In this document: positions 55,848-64,000 of the stretch, one piece after another
Position numbering within the stretch: position 1 is the stretch's first letter
How the letters are laid out: every line of letters begins with the position of its first letter
DNA from: Cyanobacteria bacterium auto_48_18
GTDB taxonomy: Bacteria > Cyanobacteriota > Vampirovibrionia > Obscuribacterales > Obscuribacteraceae
Length of the DNA: 64,000 bases
NCBI GenBank assembly: GCA_036170915.1
Contig: JAVHQC010000013.1
Span: 1 to 64,000, forward strand
Direction: 5' to 3'
Notes under the pieces: model-generated
What the model was told of the DNA's origin: nothing
The model's database searches: none
Seen by the model: only the letters and a program-made list of their open reading frames with translations
Position numbers and translations under genes: made by a program

Positions 55848-57212
55848 TTAGACGAGCACCGGCACCATGGTGTCGCTGACTTGAAACTGTTCTTCTTCTG
55901 TGGAGCCTTTTAAAGCACCGGTTGAAGCTTTGCCACCTGATACCGCCATTAGTACCTGGTCAAAGTAGCCGGTACCAACTTCACGCTGGTGACGAACAGC
56001 TGTATAGCCGAGGTCTTCGCACGCAAATTCTTCTTCTTGCAAGCGCACATAGGCTGTCATTCCCTCACGAGCAAAGCCATGTCCTAGTTTGAAGGCGCTC
56101 ATGTTGGTGGCATGCCAGCCTGCCAGTGTGATGAACTGATAGGCGTAGCCTAATTCTCCTAAAGTCTCATTGAATCTGGCAATGGTTTTGTCGTCCAGAT
56201 ATTGTTTCCAATTGAATGATGGTGAGCAGTTATAGGCAAGCAGTTTGCCTGGGAATTTTGCGTGAATGGCAGCAGCAAATACTCTTGCTTCTTCCAGATC
56301 TGGTTTGGAAGTTTCATACCAGATTACGTCAGCATATGGTGCATAGGCAAGCCCGCGTGCGATTACAGGTTCGATTCCGTCTTGCACTTCAAAATATCCT
56401 TCCACAGTGCGCTCTCCTTTGATGAAGGGCCTGTCAGCTGGGTCAATATCAGAAGTGAGCAGAGTGGCCGCATGAGCGTCAGTGCGAGCGACAATAATTG
56501 TAGGCACGTCTAGTACGTCAGATGCCAGCCTTGCAGCAGTTAGTGTGCGAATAAACTGTGCGGTTGGCACCAGTACTTTTCCGCCCAGGTGACCGCACTT
56601 CTTTTCTGAGGCTAATTGATCTTCGAAGTGTACGCCGCTAGCGCCTGCCTCGATCATGCTTTTCATCAGTTCAAATGCATGCACAGGGCCACCAAATCCG
56701 GCCTCTGCATCAGCCATAATTGGAACATACCAGTTGATATCGCTTTTGCCTTCGCTGACGTCGATTTGGTCAGCGCGCATCAAAGCGTTGTTAAGGCGCT
56801 TGACCAGTTCAGGAGCACTGTTCGATGGGTAAAGACTTTGATCAGGATAGGTCTGTTTAGATGAATTGGCATCAGCAGCCACTTGCCAGCCGCTCAAATA
56901 AATTGATTTAAGACCTGAGCGCACCATTTGCACTGCTTGTGAGCCATTCATGGCACCTAGTGCGACCGTGTAGGGCACGCTATTAAGTGTGTTCCAGAAG
57001 CGCTCAGCACCTAGCTTCGCAAGCGTGAACTCAACTTTTACAGAAGTGCGCAGGCGCAAAACATCTGCTGCCGTGTAGTCTCTTTTAATGCCTCGCCATC
57101 TTGAATCTTCGGCCCATGACCAGGTAAGTTTTTCTGCTGCTTCAGAATTATTTGCGCTAAATTGTGATTCTAGATTGGCCAGTGGTGCAGATTGCGAATG
57201 GTCCGGTTGCAT
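55848..57212 (-). CDS. aceA: Isocitrate lyase
   Basis: [58 protein letters not shown]. Confidence 0.98.
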   Translation of the reverse strand: MQPDHSQSAPLANLESQFSANNSEAAEKLTWSWAEDSRWRGIKRDYTAADVLRLRTSVKVEFTLAKLGAERFWNTLNSVPYTVALGAMNGSQAVQMVRSGLKSIYLSGWQVAADANSSKQTYPDQSLYPSNSAPELVKRLNNALMRADQIDVSEGKSDINWYVPIMADAEAGFGGPVHAFELMKSMIEAGASGVHFEDQLASEKKCGHLGGKVLVPTAQFIRTLTAARLASDVLDVPTIIVARTDAHAATLLTSDIDPADRPFIKGERTVEGYFEVQDGIEPVIARGLAYAPYADVIWYETSKPDLEEARVFAAAIHAKFPGKLLAYNCSPSFNWKQYLDDKTIARFNETLGELGYAYQFITLAGWHATNMSAFKLGHGFAREGMTAYVRLQEEEFACEDLGYTAVRHQREVGTGYFDQVLMAVSGGKASTGALKGSTEEEQFQVSDTMVPVLV

Positions 57213-57217
57213 AGACG

Positions 57218-58834
57218 TTAACCCCTTTGTAGATGTGTGTAGGCTGGAATGGTCAAAAATTCGATAAATTCTTCGCTTAAGACAAGCTGATCTAAAATTT
57301 CAGCGGCTTCAGCAAAGCGATTACCTTCAATATTTGGATATTGCGCGAGCATGGTGTCACGCAGCTTTTTGTACAGATCGGTGGTCACTATTTCACCACT
57401 GGCGGTTTTTGTTCCGCTGTGAATCCACTGCCAGATTTGTGCCCTTGCTATTTCAGCAGTGGCGGCATCTTCCATCAAGTTGTGAATAGCGGCAGCGCCT
57501 ACGCCTCTGAGCCATGACTCGATGTATTGCAAAGCAACGTCGACATTACCAGAGACACCAGCAATGGTGACCCCGGCGTCTATTTTTGTATTGAGCAGTT
57601 GGGTGGCGGTGACTCTCACTTCTTCTCGTAAAACATTTTTTTGATTAGCATTGCTGCCAAGCTTTGCGTCAAATATTTCTTTTGCCACTGCCACTAAATC
57701 TGGATGTGCAACCCAGGTGCCGTCAAAACCAAAACCGGCCTCTCTTTCTTTGTCTTCGCGCACTTTGGCAAAAGCAATTTCATTGACCTTTGAGTCTTTG
57801 CGACTGGGAATAAATGCGGCCATGCCACCGATGGCGTGTGCTCCACGCTTGTGGCAGGTCTTAACTAAAAGTTCGGCGTAAGCGCGCATAAAGGGCACTG
57901 CCATAGTTACTTGCACTCGGTCAGGCAAAGTAAATTGGCTGTGCTTACTGCATTTTTTGATCAGGCTGAAAATATAATCCCAGCGACCAGCATTGAGGCC
58001 GGCCATGTGCTCTTTCAATTCAAATAATATCTCTTCCATTTCAAATGCAGCAAGAATAGTCTCAATCAAAACGGTGGCACGAATGGTGCCGCGAGGTATC
58101 GCCAGAGCATCTTGTGCAAAATTGAAAACATCATTCCAGAGTCGTGCCTCTAGATGGCTTTCTAATTTTGGCAGGTAAAAATAAGGAGCCGACTGCAGTG
58201 CCAGAAGTGTTTTAGCGTTATGGAAGAAATACAATCCAAAATCAAAAAGCGACGCGGCCATTGGCTCACCGTCAACGAGAAAATTAGCTTCTTGCAGATG
58301 CCAGCCGCGCGGTCTGACTACGAGAGTAGCCAATTGACTGCGCTCTTTGAGAGCATAACTTTTTTCACCACTTTCAAATGAAAGCGTGCCCGCTACTGCC
58401 TCGATTAGGTTTAGCTGGCCGCAAACTACATTGGCCCAGGTGGGAGAGAGAGAATCTTCTAGATCAGCCATGAACACTTTTGCGCCTGAGTTCAATGCGT
58501 TGATCATCATCTTACGTTCCGCCGGCCCAGTGATTTCCACCCTCCGGTCATTGAGATCAGCCGGGGCCGAAGCCACTTGCCACTGGCCGTTGCGAACGGC
58601 AGTTGTGCTTTCGAGAAAATCTGGCAGTATGCCGTTGTCGATGTCTTTTTGCCGAGCAACGCGGTCAGCACGCAATTTCACTATATAAGGACTGAACTGC
58701 TGATGCAGGGAGTTGAGAAAAGCCCTGGCCTCGGCGGTTAAAACTTGCTCTGTAGCTCGCTCTAGATCGCTATTTGGGTCTAGCACAGTCAATTTCTCCC
58801 CGTTAGTTATAGAAGCAATCGTCGAAGCAATCAT
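57218..58834 (-). CDS. aceB: Malate synthase A
   Basis: [56 protein letters not shown]. Confidence 0.98.
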   Translation of the reverse strand: MIASTIASITNGEKLTVLDPNSDLERATEQVLTAEARAFLNSLHQQFSPYIVKLRADRVARQKDIDNGILPDFLESTTAVRNGQWQVASAPADLNDRRVEITGPAERKMMINALNSGAKVFMADLEDSLSPTWANVVCGQLNLIEAVAGTLSFESGEKSYALKERSQLATLVVRPRGWHLQEANFLVDGEPMAASLFDFGLYFFHNAKTLLALQSAPYFYLPKLESHLEARLWNDVFNFAQDALAIPRGTIRATVLIETILAAFEMEEILFELKEHMAGLNAGRWDYIFSLIKKCSKHSQFTLPDRVQVTMAVPFMRAYAELLVKTCHKRGAHAIGGMAAFIPSRKDSKVNEIAFAKVREDKEREAGFGFDGTWVAHPDLVAVAKEIFDAKLGSNANQKNVLREEVRVTATQLLNTKIDAGVTIAGVSGNVDVALQYIESWLRGVGAAAIHNLMEDAATAEIARAQIWQWIHSGTKTASGEIVTTDLYKKLRDTMLAQYPNIEGNRFAEAAEILDQLVLSEEFIEFLTIPAYTHLQRG

Positions 58835-58869
58835 TGAAGCACCCTGTTGTCTATCGGCCACAGCTATTA

Positions 58870-58972
58870 TATTGATATATTGATTGAGAATAATCAATAC
58901 ATCAATAAGTTAATAATTTCAGCAGGTGATTTGCGCCTATTGATTGATATATTGATTACATGGTCAATAATT
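58870..58972. promoter_or_regulatory. Operator-like ATTGAT repeat array between divergent aceB and citrate synthase
   Basis: TATTGATATATTGATT-gagaat-AATCAATACATCAATA (15/16 inverted repeat, 58870-58907); exact second copy of ATTGATATATTGATT at 58943-58957 with partial mirror GTCAATA. Confidence 0.75.
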
Positions 58973-58994
58973 AAAATCTCAAGGGGTTTGAATC

Positions 58995-60125
58995 ATGGCA
59001 GTGGCAATGAAAACAGAAGCGGGTTTAGATGGAATTGTGGTTGCCGATACTCAAATTTCTGAGGTCGACGGTGAGCGCGGAAGGCTGATTATCAGAGGGC
59101 GCAATGCTGAAAAGCTGGCTTTTGAATCGTCGTTTGAAGACACCTGCCGCTTGCTCTGGTCAGGTCTGATACCAGGCGAAATTACCGCCCGCGATTTGAA
59201 GGATCACTTTTACACCGGTCGCAAAGAAGCATTTGATCTCGTGCAAGAAAATCTGACGCTTTTTCGCCGTAACGAACCGATGGAGGCGCTGCGCACCGCT
59301 ACCAGTTTGCTCAGCGGCGGCACCGAGCGCGATTTGCTCGCCTACACCAAAATCGCAGCAGCAGTGGGCGTATTTGCTGCCAGCTGGTCAAGAGTGCAAC
59401 AGCGTCTAGCACCACTGGCACCTGATGCCAATTTGAGCCATGCAGCCGACTTGTTGCGCATGGTCACCGACCGCATGCCCACAGCCGAAGAGGCCGCTGC
59501 CCTCGACGTTTATTTGACCACAGTTTCAGACCACGGCATGAACGCATCTACTTTTACGGCCAGAGTGGTAGCCTCTACCGAGTCTGACAATGTCAGCTGT
59601 GTAGTTTCAGCTATTGGCGCCCTCAAAGGGCCGCTGCATGGCGGCGCGCCTGGCCCCGTGCTCGAGATGCTAAGCGCTATTGGCGCTCCTGAAAACGCCG
59701 AAGCCTGGCTGCGCCGCGAACTTACAGCCGGCAGACGCATTATGGGCATGGGCCACCGCATTTATAAAGTGCGTGACCCCAGAGCCGCCATTTTTGAGAA
59801 AGCCATCGGCCGTTTGGAAGAGGCCCACACCCACGCCGGCACGAAAAATTCCAACCAAAATCTCAGTCGCCTCCCGCTAGCCCGTGCCGTTGAGCGCCAG
59901 GCAGAGCAGATTCTGGCTGAATTGCATCCTGAAAAGCCACTAAAGGCGAATGTTGAATTTTACACAGCCGTGCTGCTTGATTCGCTGCAAATTCCCCACC
60001 AATTGTTCTCATCGATGTTCGCCGCAGGCCGGGTTGGTGGGTGGCTGGCGCACCTTGCCGAACAACGGGCGCTTGGTCGCTTGATTCGCCCTGCTTCCAG
60101 GTACACTGGTACTCTGGAAGACTAG
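58995..60125 (+). CDS. Citrate synthase / 2-methylcitrate synthase family enzyme
   Basis: GLDGIV, DHGMNASTF, GPLHGGA, MGMGHRIYKVRDPR, NVEFY, RP...Y.G. Confidence 0.93.
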   Translation: MAVAMKTEAGLDGIVVADTQISEVDGERGRLIIRGRNAEKLAFESSFEDTCRLLWSGLIPGEITARDLKDHFYTGRKEAFDLVQENLTLFRRNEPMEALRTATSLLSGGTERDLLAYTKIAAAVGVFAASWSRVQQRLAPLAPDANLSHAADLLRMVTDRMPTAEEAAALDVYLTTVSDHGMNASTFTARVVASTESDNVSCVVSAIGALKGPLHGGAPGPVLEMLSAIGAPENAEAWLRRELTAGRRIMGMGHRIYKVRDPRAAIFEKAIGRLEEAHTHAGTKNSNQNLSRLPLARAVERQAEQILAELHPEKPLKANVEFYTAVLLDSLQIPHQLFSSMFAAGRVGGWLAHLAEQRALGRLIRPASRYTGTLED

Positions 60126-60136
60126 GAGCGCACTTT

Positions 60137-61384
60137 ATGGTGGAATCTGGCGATTTGCCCGGGGCCGAGGACAAGCTTTTGACGGGCTCGCAGGCCGCTG
60201 AGTTTCTTGGTGTCAAGTCGGCAACGCTTTATGCTTACGCCAGTCGTGGGCAAATCGTCAGTATGCCCTCCGAGAACGCACGCGAGCGCTGTTATCGTTT
60301 GAGCGACTTGATTAAGTTGCGGCAATCTGCGCGCGGCATCAAGAGCGCCAAGGAGACCGACGCGCCGGTATGGACAGGCCCGGTAGTTAAATCTTCCATT
60401 ACTGAGATTCGCGACGACGGCCACCGCTATCGAGGTCAGAGCGCCATTCAACTGGCTACGGGTAATACGACTTTTGAGCAAGTGGCAGAACTTTTGTGGG
60501 ACACCGATATCGCCAGTCAGTCTGCCTGGAAAAACACAAAACCTTTAAACATTCCGCGGCAGATGAAATCGATTGCCACTACAGATGGTGACTTGCTCGA
60601 TGTGCTTAAAGTGCTGTTAGCATTTATTGAATTGCAAGATCCGCTTTCGCGCCAGTTGCTTACCGTCGATATTCTTGACACAGCCAGACGATTGATTGTC
60701 ACCATGGCTTTAGCACCTGGTCTTGCCGCTGGAAAGAATAAGTATATTGATGGGCCGTTTCCATTAGCGCAAACTTTACTATCAGGTTTGAGCGAGAAAA
60801 ATTCGGCTGAGCATGCGCGCGCAATCAATTGCGCACTGGTTTTGTGCGCCGATCACGAACTCAATGCATCGGCTCTGGCAGCGCGTGTCGCCGCGTCATG
60901 CGATGCATCGCTTTATTCTTGTTTGCTAAGTGCATTGGGAACATTTAGCGGCGTTCTACACGGTTCAGCCAGCAGGCGTGCAGAAGATATTGTTAGCAGC
61001 AGTTTGCAGTATAAAAATACACAGGCATGGTTGAAAGAATATTTACGCCAGAACGGCCGCATACCAGGTTTTGGCATGGAGATATACAGTGCTGGCGATC
61101 CTCGTGCCCGGCTTTTGTTGACAGTGGCACAGAATATTTCGGCCAAGAATAAACACTTAAATAGACTTTTGGAAATCGTAGAATCGGTGCGCGAGCAGTT
61201 AGGTGAAGAACCAAATTTAGACATTGGTCTTGTGGCTATTTCGTATGCACTGGCTCTGCCAGCCGGTTCAGGCTCGACCATATTCGCCATCAGTCGCACC
61301 GCCGGATGGATTGCGCATGCAATCGAGCAACGTACATTTGGTGGCGTTATACGACCACGGGCAAAATACATCGGCAAGCTCTAG
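60137..61384 (+). CDS. HTH (MerR/excisionase-like) - citrate-synthase-like fusion protein
   Basis: LTGSQAAEFLGVKSATLYAYASRG HTH; ADHELNAS, LHG, IPGFGMEIY (His absent), GDPRA, PNLD, RPRAKYIG. Confidence 0.9.
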   Translation: MVESGDLPGAEDKLLTGSQAAEFLGVKSATLYAYASRGQIVSMPSENARERCYRLSDLIKLRQSARGIKSAKETDAPVWTGPVVKSSITEIRDDGHRYRGQSAIQLATGNTTFEQVAELLWDTDIASQSAWKNTKPLNIPRQMKSIATTDGDLLDVLKVLLAFIELQDPLSRQLLTVDILDTARRLIVTMALAPGLAAGKNKYIDGPFPLAQTLLSGLSEKNSAEHARAINCALVLCADHELNASALAARVAASCDASLYSCLLSALGTFSGVLHGSASRRAEDIVSSSLQYKNTQAWLKEYLRQNGRIPGFGMEIYSAGDPRARLLLTVAQNISAKNKHLNRLLEIVESVREQLGEEPNLDIGLVAISYALALPAGSGSTIFAISRTAGWIAHAIEQRTFGGVIRPRAKYIGKL

Positions 61385-61587
61385 TTTAGTTTGTAAAGTA
61401 ACTCGCTTGCCGCATTTATAGATGTGAAGTAAAGCCTAACTATTTTTTTTGCACTTCACGACGTTTTCACATTGGACTCACAACTAATTCACGATGGGTG
61501 ATTAGAGTTGTGGCATTGAGATTGTTCGAGGCACGCCCTCGCAAAGAAATTTTGATCTCCAGGCCATTTGCATACACTAATGGAGTT

Positions 61588-62922
61588 ATGATCGTGTTCA
61601 ACAAAATTCAAACAGCGCAAATGTTCACACGCAGTTTACTTGGACTCTTTGTAGTCGTTGCTGCTGGTCTAGCGCTACCGACAGACGCCAGCGCTCGCGC
61701 ACTTTATGTATCACCTTCGGGAGACGGTACAACTGGTCAGAATTGGAAGACTGCCTGGAAAGACCCTGCTCAGATTGACTGGAAAGTAGTGGCAGCAGGA
61801 GATCAAATTTTAATTGACGGTGGCACTGCTGGTATCACCTACACTACTTCATTTACAGTGCCTGTGAGCAATATTGTCATCAGACAAGCTCCGGGGGCCG
61901 CGCATAACGGCACCGTCACTTTTACTGGATTCACAGGCCAATCAGCAGTACCGTTCGGCATAAAGTTTGTTGGTTCTAATGTTCATTTGGTGGCCAACAA
62001 GCGCGCTGGTATCAAATTGACGCGCTATGGGGCTCAGTGCCTGGATATTCAATCTAGCTACAATTCAGTTCGCAATGTTGAAATGTCTTACATCATGGGC
62101 TTCCCACCTTATCTTGGGGGACGCGTTGGTGGTGTCACATTTGGTGGTGCCAATAATCATTTCATTGCCTGTGACTTTCGTGACTGCACAGTTGGCGCAG
62201 TAGAGAGACCGCTGCCAGGCGTAGCGAACAGTACAGTATTTAATAACTGCACGTTTGGTGCCAATGGTTATGGTTTCTTCGGTAATTGCGGAGCAGGCAT
62301 TGTCGGCTCCAAAACAGCTGGTGGACCTGCAACCACCATTTTTGCCAATAAGTGTGTTTTTGGCCCTTATGTTGACTATGGCGTCGACGTGGCCAACGGC
62401 ACAACACGGCTGAGCAATAGTCTGTTTCTCGCTGCGCGTGTTTCTAACATTAAGGCGGCACCACCAGTGGGCTCTTCGGCAACTGTTACCGCCGTTAATT
62501 GCACGCTTTACGAGAAACGCTTAGACCCTCGCCAGCAAAGCGCATTTCAAGTGCCCGGCTACACGATTAGCGTCAATGCTAATGCCAAACTGAAAGTTAG
62601 AGATTCAATTGTTTGGGGCGGATTCGTCGATGTGCCGGCCATACAGGTAATTACGGGTGGTGGCAACGTGCAATTTGCCGTCAGTGGAAACACAATGGCG
62701 CTGGCACCAATTATGGTGGATCCTAATTTCGTTGATACAGCAACGCTCTCTGCTATGCAGGCCAAGTCGCAATTTATTCCACGCACTTTAACAAGCGCCA
62801 ACTTCTCGCCTGCTCCTGGTAGCCCTGCCACAGGCAAAGGATCGCCCTTTGTTCGAGTGTCGGATCTGGTTGCGCCTTATGGCCCAACCAGTGGATTGCC
62901 GAGTGCTATTGGCGGACCGTAA
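61588..62922 (+). CDS. Secreted right-handed beta-helix (pectin-lyase-like) protein
   Basis: Signal peptide; LYVSPSGDGTTG.NW.TAW, AGDQILIDGG, F.NC.F repeats, DPNF...PGSPA.G.G ending. Confidence 0.75.
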   Translation: MIVFNKIQTAQMFTRSLLGLFVVVAAGLALPTDASARALYVSPSGDGTTGQNWKTAWKDPAQIDWKVVAAGDQILIDGGTAGITYTTSFTVPVSNIVIRQAPGAAHNGTVTFTGFTGQSAVPFGIKFVGSNVHLVANKRAGIKLTRYGAQCLDIQSSYNSVRNVEMSYIMGFPPYLGGRVGGVTFGGANNHFIACDFRDCTVGAVERPLPGVANSTVFNNCTFGANGYGFFGNCGAGIVGSKTAGGPATTIFANKCVFGPYVDYGVDVANGTTRLSNSLFLAARVSNIKAAPPVGSSATVTAVNCTLYEKRLDPRQQSAFQVPGYTISVNANAKLKVRDSIVWGGFVDVPAIQVITGGGNVQFAVSGNTMALAPIMVDPNFVDTATLSAMQAKSQFIPRTLTSANFSPAPGSPATGKGSPFVRVSDLVAPYGPTSGLPSAIGGP

Positions 62923-62932
62923 GGCTTAATGC

Positions 62933-63280
62933 TTATTTTATTACTTCAAAATTAGTCAAGAGTCGCTCCTTAGGAGCGTTATTGGGACGGACATGTTGAG
63001 GTAAACCTCTTGTTATATCAGCAAGAGGCAGCCTTTCGCTAGTTAGAACTAAGTCAGGGAGAGTGTTTCCACACTTAGGTCTTTTTGGAGCTTCAGCTTC
63101 TTGAGCAGTTCTTGTTCTGTTGGCCTCTGCCACACCGGGCTTATTAAAGTCGTCAGGTACTGCACATTTAGCGACAGAGTGTTTGGTATCTATATCTCGC
63201 TTGAGTAATGCAACAACGTCAAAGTCGGTTTGCGTGTCACGTGACTTTGATTCCACCTTTGTTTGCTCGGTCTTGTCCAT
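62933..63280 (-). CDS. Hypothetical protein
   Basis: RBS GGAG; 115 aa; no family recognised. Confidence 0.55.
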   Translation of the reverse strand: MDKTEQTKVESKSRDTQTDFDVVALLKRDIDTKHSVAKCAVPDDFNKPGVAEANRTRTAQEAEAPKRPKCGNTLPDLVLTSERLPLADITRGLPQHVRPNNAPKERLLTNFEVIK

Positions 63281-63332
63281 TGCAGCACTCCCATCAGTCG
63301 ATTTCAGTGTGGTTTCTACTCATGGAAACACT

Positions 63333-64000
63333 TTATTGCACTGATATTGGCTTTTTGGGGGCAAGGATTTGAGCTGTATTTCTTTCGATGGTGGCTGAAA
63401 TATCCTCGAGAGGCAGGTGACTCAAGTTTTCGTTATCGAATGGATTCTGCAGTTCAACGCCCAACTGATCGAGGGCAAACAGCGGATAGGCAACAAGCAT
63501 TGTAATTAGAGGTACCAGCAGACTGTTGCCGATATCGTGTATAAGCGCGAATGGCAAAGTAATCAGAAAAGTAGCTATAAACCGGCGTATCTTAATTGAG
63601 TATGCAAGCGGCAAAGGAGTGTTTTTAATGCGTTCGCACGAACCGATGTGCTCCATTAAAATCGCACGTTCTCTGTCGAGCTGGAGAAAGAAGAATCCAT
63701 CAAGGTCTTCTTGTTCGCGAGCCTCTTTGAGCATCATGCCGAGTTTTGCAGCCACAGTCATTGGCATATGCCCAGCTGTTGCCAGCCTATTGGTTTCTTC
63801 CTCTCCCAGTAATCGAATAATCGGCGTCGATGGTTTTTCGCCGCGTAGATTTGCCATGCAGCAATAAGGAAATACGGCAATCCAAGTTAGAAAATCAGCT
63901 TGCCATCGAGGGTTATTCGGGCCATAGGTTGCTGCATCCACGGCCAGATTTCGGCATTGATTGACAATTCCTCCCCACAGTTTGCGCGCTTCCCACCAAC
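63333..64000 (-). CDS. Bestrophin-family (YneE-like) ion channel; 5' end outside the window
   Basis: WWEARKLWGGIVN at the window edge, GSCERIKNTPLP.AY, ELQNPF...LPLEDI. Confidence 0.93.
   Translation of the reverse strand, partial: WWEARKLWGGIVNQCRNLAVDAATYGPNNPRWQADFLTWIAVFPYCCMANLRGEKPSTPIIRLLGEEETNRLATAGHMPMTVAAKLGMMLKEAREQEDLDGFFFLQLDRERAILMEHIGSCERIKNTPLPLAYSIKIRRFIATFLITLPFALIHDIGNSLLVPLITMLVAYPLFALDQLGVELQNPFDNENLSHLPLEDISATIERNTAQILAPKKPISVQ

Noticed and set aside
58835..58897. ORF-track N-terminal extension of aceB
   Set aside because: It runs through the AT-rich operator palindrome; ATG at 58834 fits malate synthase A length better.
60041..60136. ORF-track N-terminal extension of the HTH-CS protein
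   Set aside because: It overlaps the upstream citrate synthase; ATG at 60137 has an AGGAG RBS.

Overview
A 64-kb, gene-dense bacterial chromosomal window with no rRNA, tRNA, CRISPR array or transposase recognised. The expanded Hanks-type kinases with TM-LRR/TPR tails and the many orphan TPR/EF-hand proteins suggest a non-photosynthetic cyanobacterial relative (Vampirovibrionia/Obscuribacterales-like); this is an inference only. Recognisable genes: topB, osmC, tex, glnS, an ATP-dependent DNA ligase, rsgA, higBA, chdC/hemQ, a lipoprotein serpin, aceA/aceB, two citrate-synthase-family genes and a bestrophin. Highlights: (1) glyoxylate-shunt genes transcribed divergently from a citrate synthase plus an HTH-citrate-synthase fusion that lacks a catalytic His, with repeated ATTGAT operator-like sites between them (candidate pseudo-enzyme metabolite-sensing regulator); (2) four kinase-TM-LRR receptor-like kinases sharing an unnamed juxtamembrane domain, with conserved kinases and divergent ectodomains; (3) a GGAAC-N16/17-(C/A/G)GTC ECF-type promoter in front of six genes, several of stress type, including an unannotated 27-aa membrane peptide; (4) a 21-aa leader ORF and a palindrome-containing sigma70 promoter in front of rsgA; (5) a membrane protein with repeated (V/I)AKT(L/M) motifs next to a stand-alone FHA protein; (6) an internally deleted MFS pseudogene, a dispersed palindromic repeat and frequent short tandem duplications. 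All family calls come from motif recognition by eye; no database search was run.
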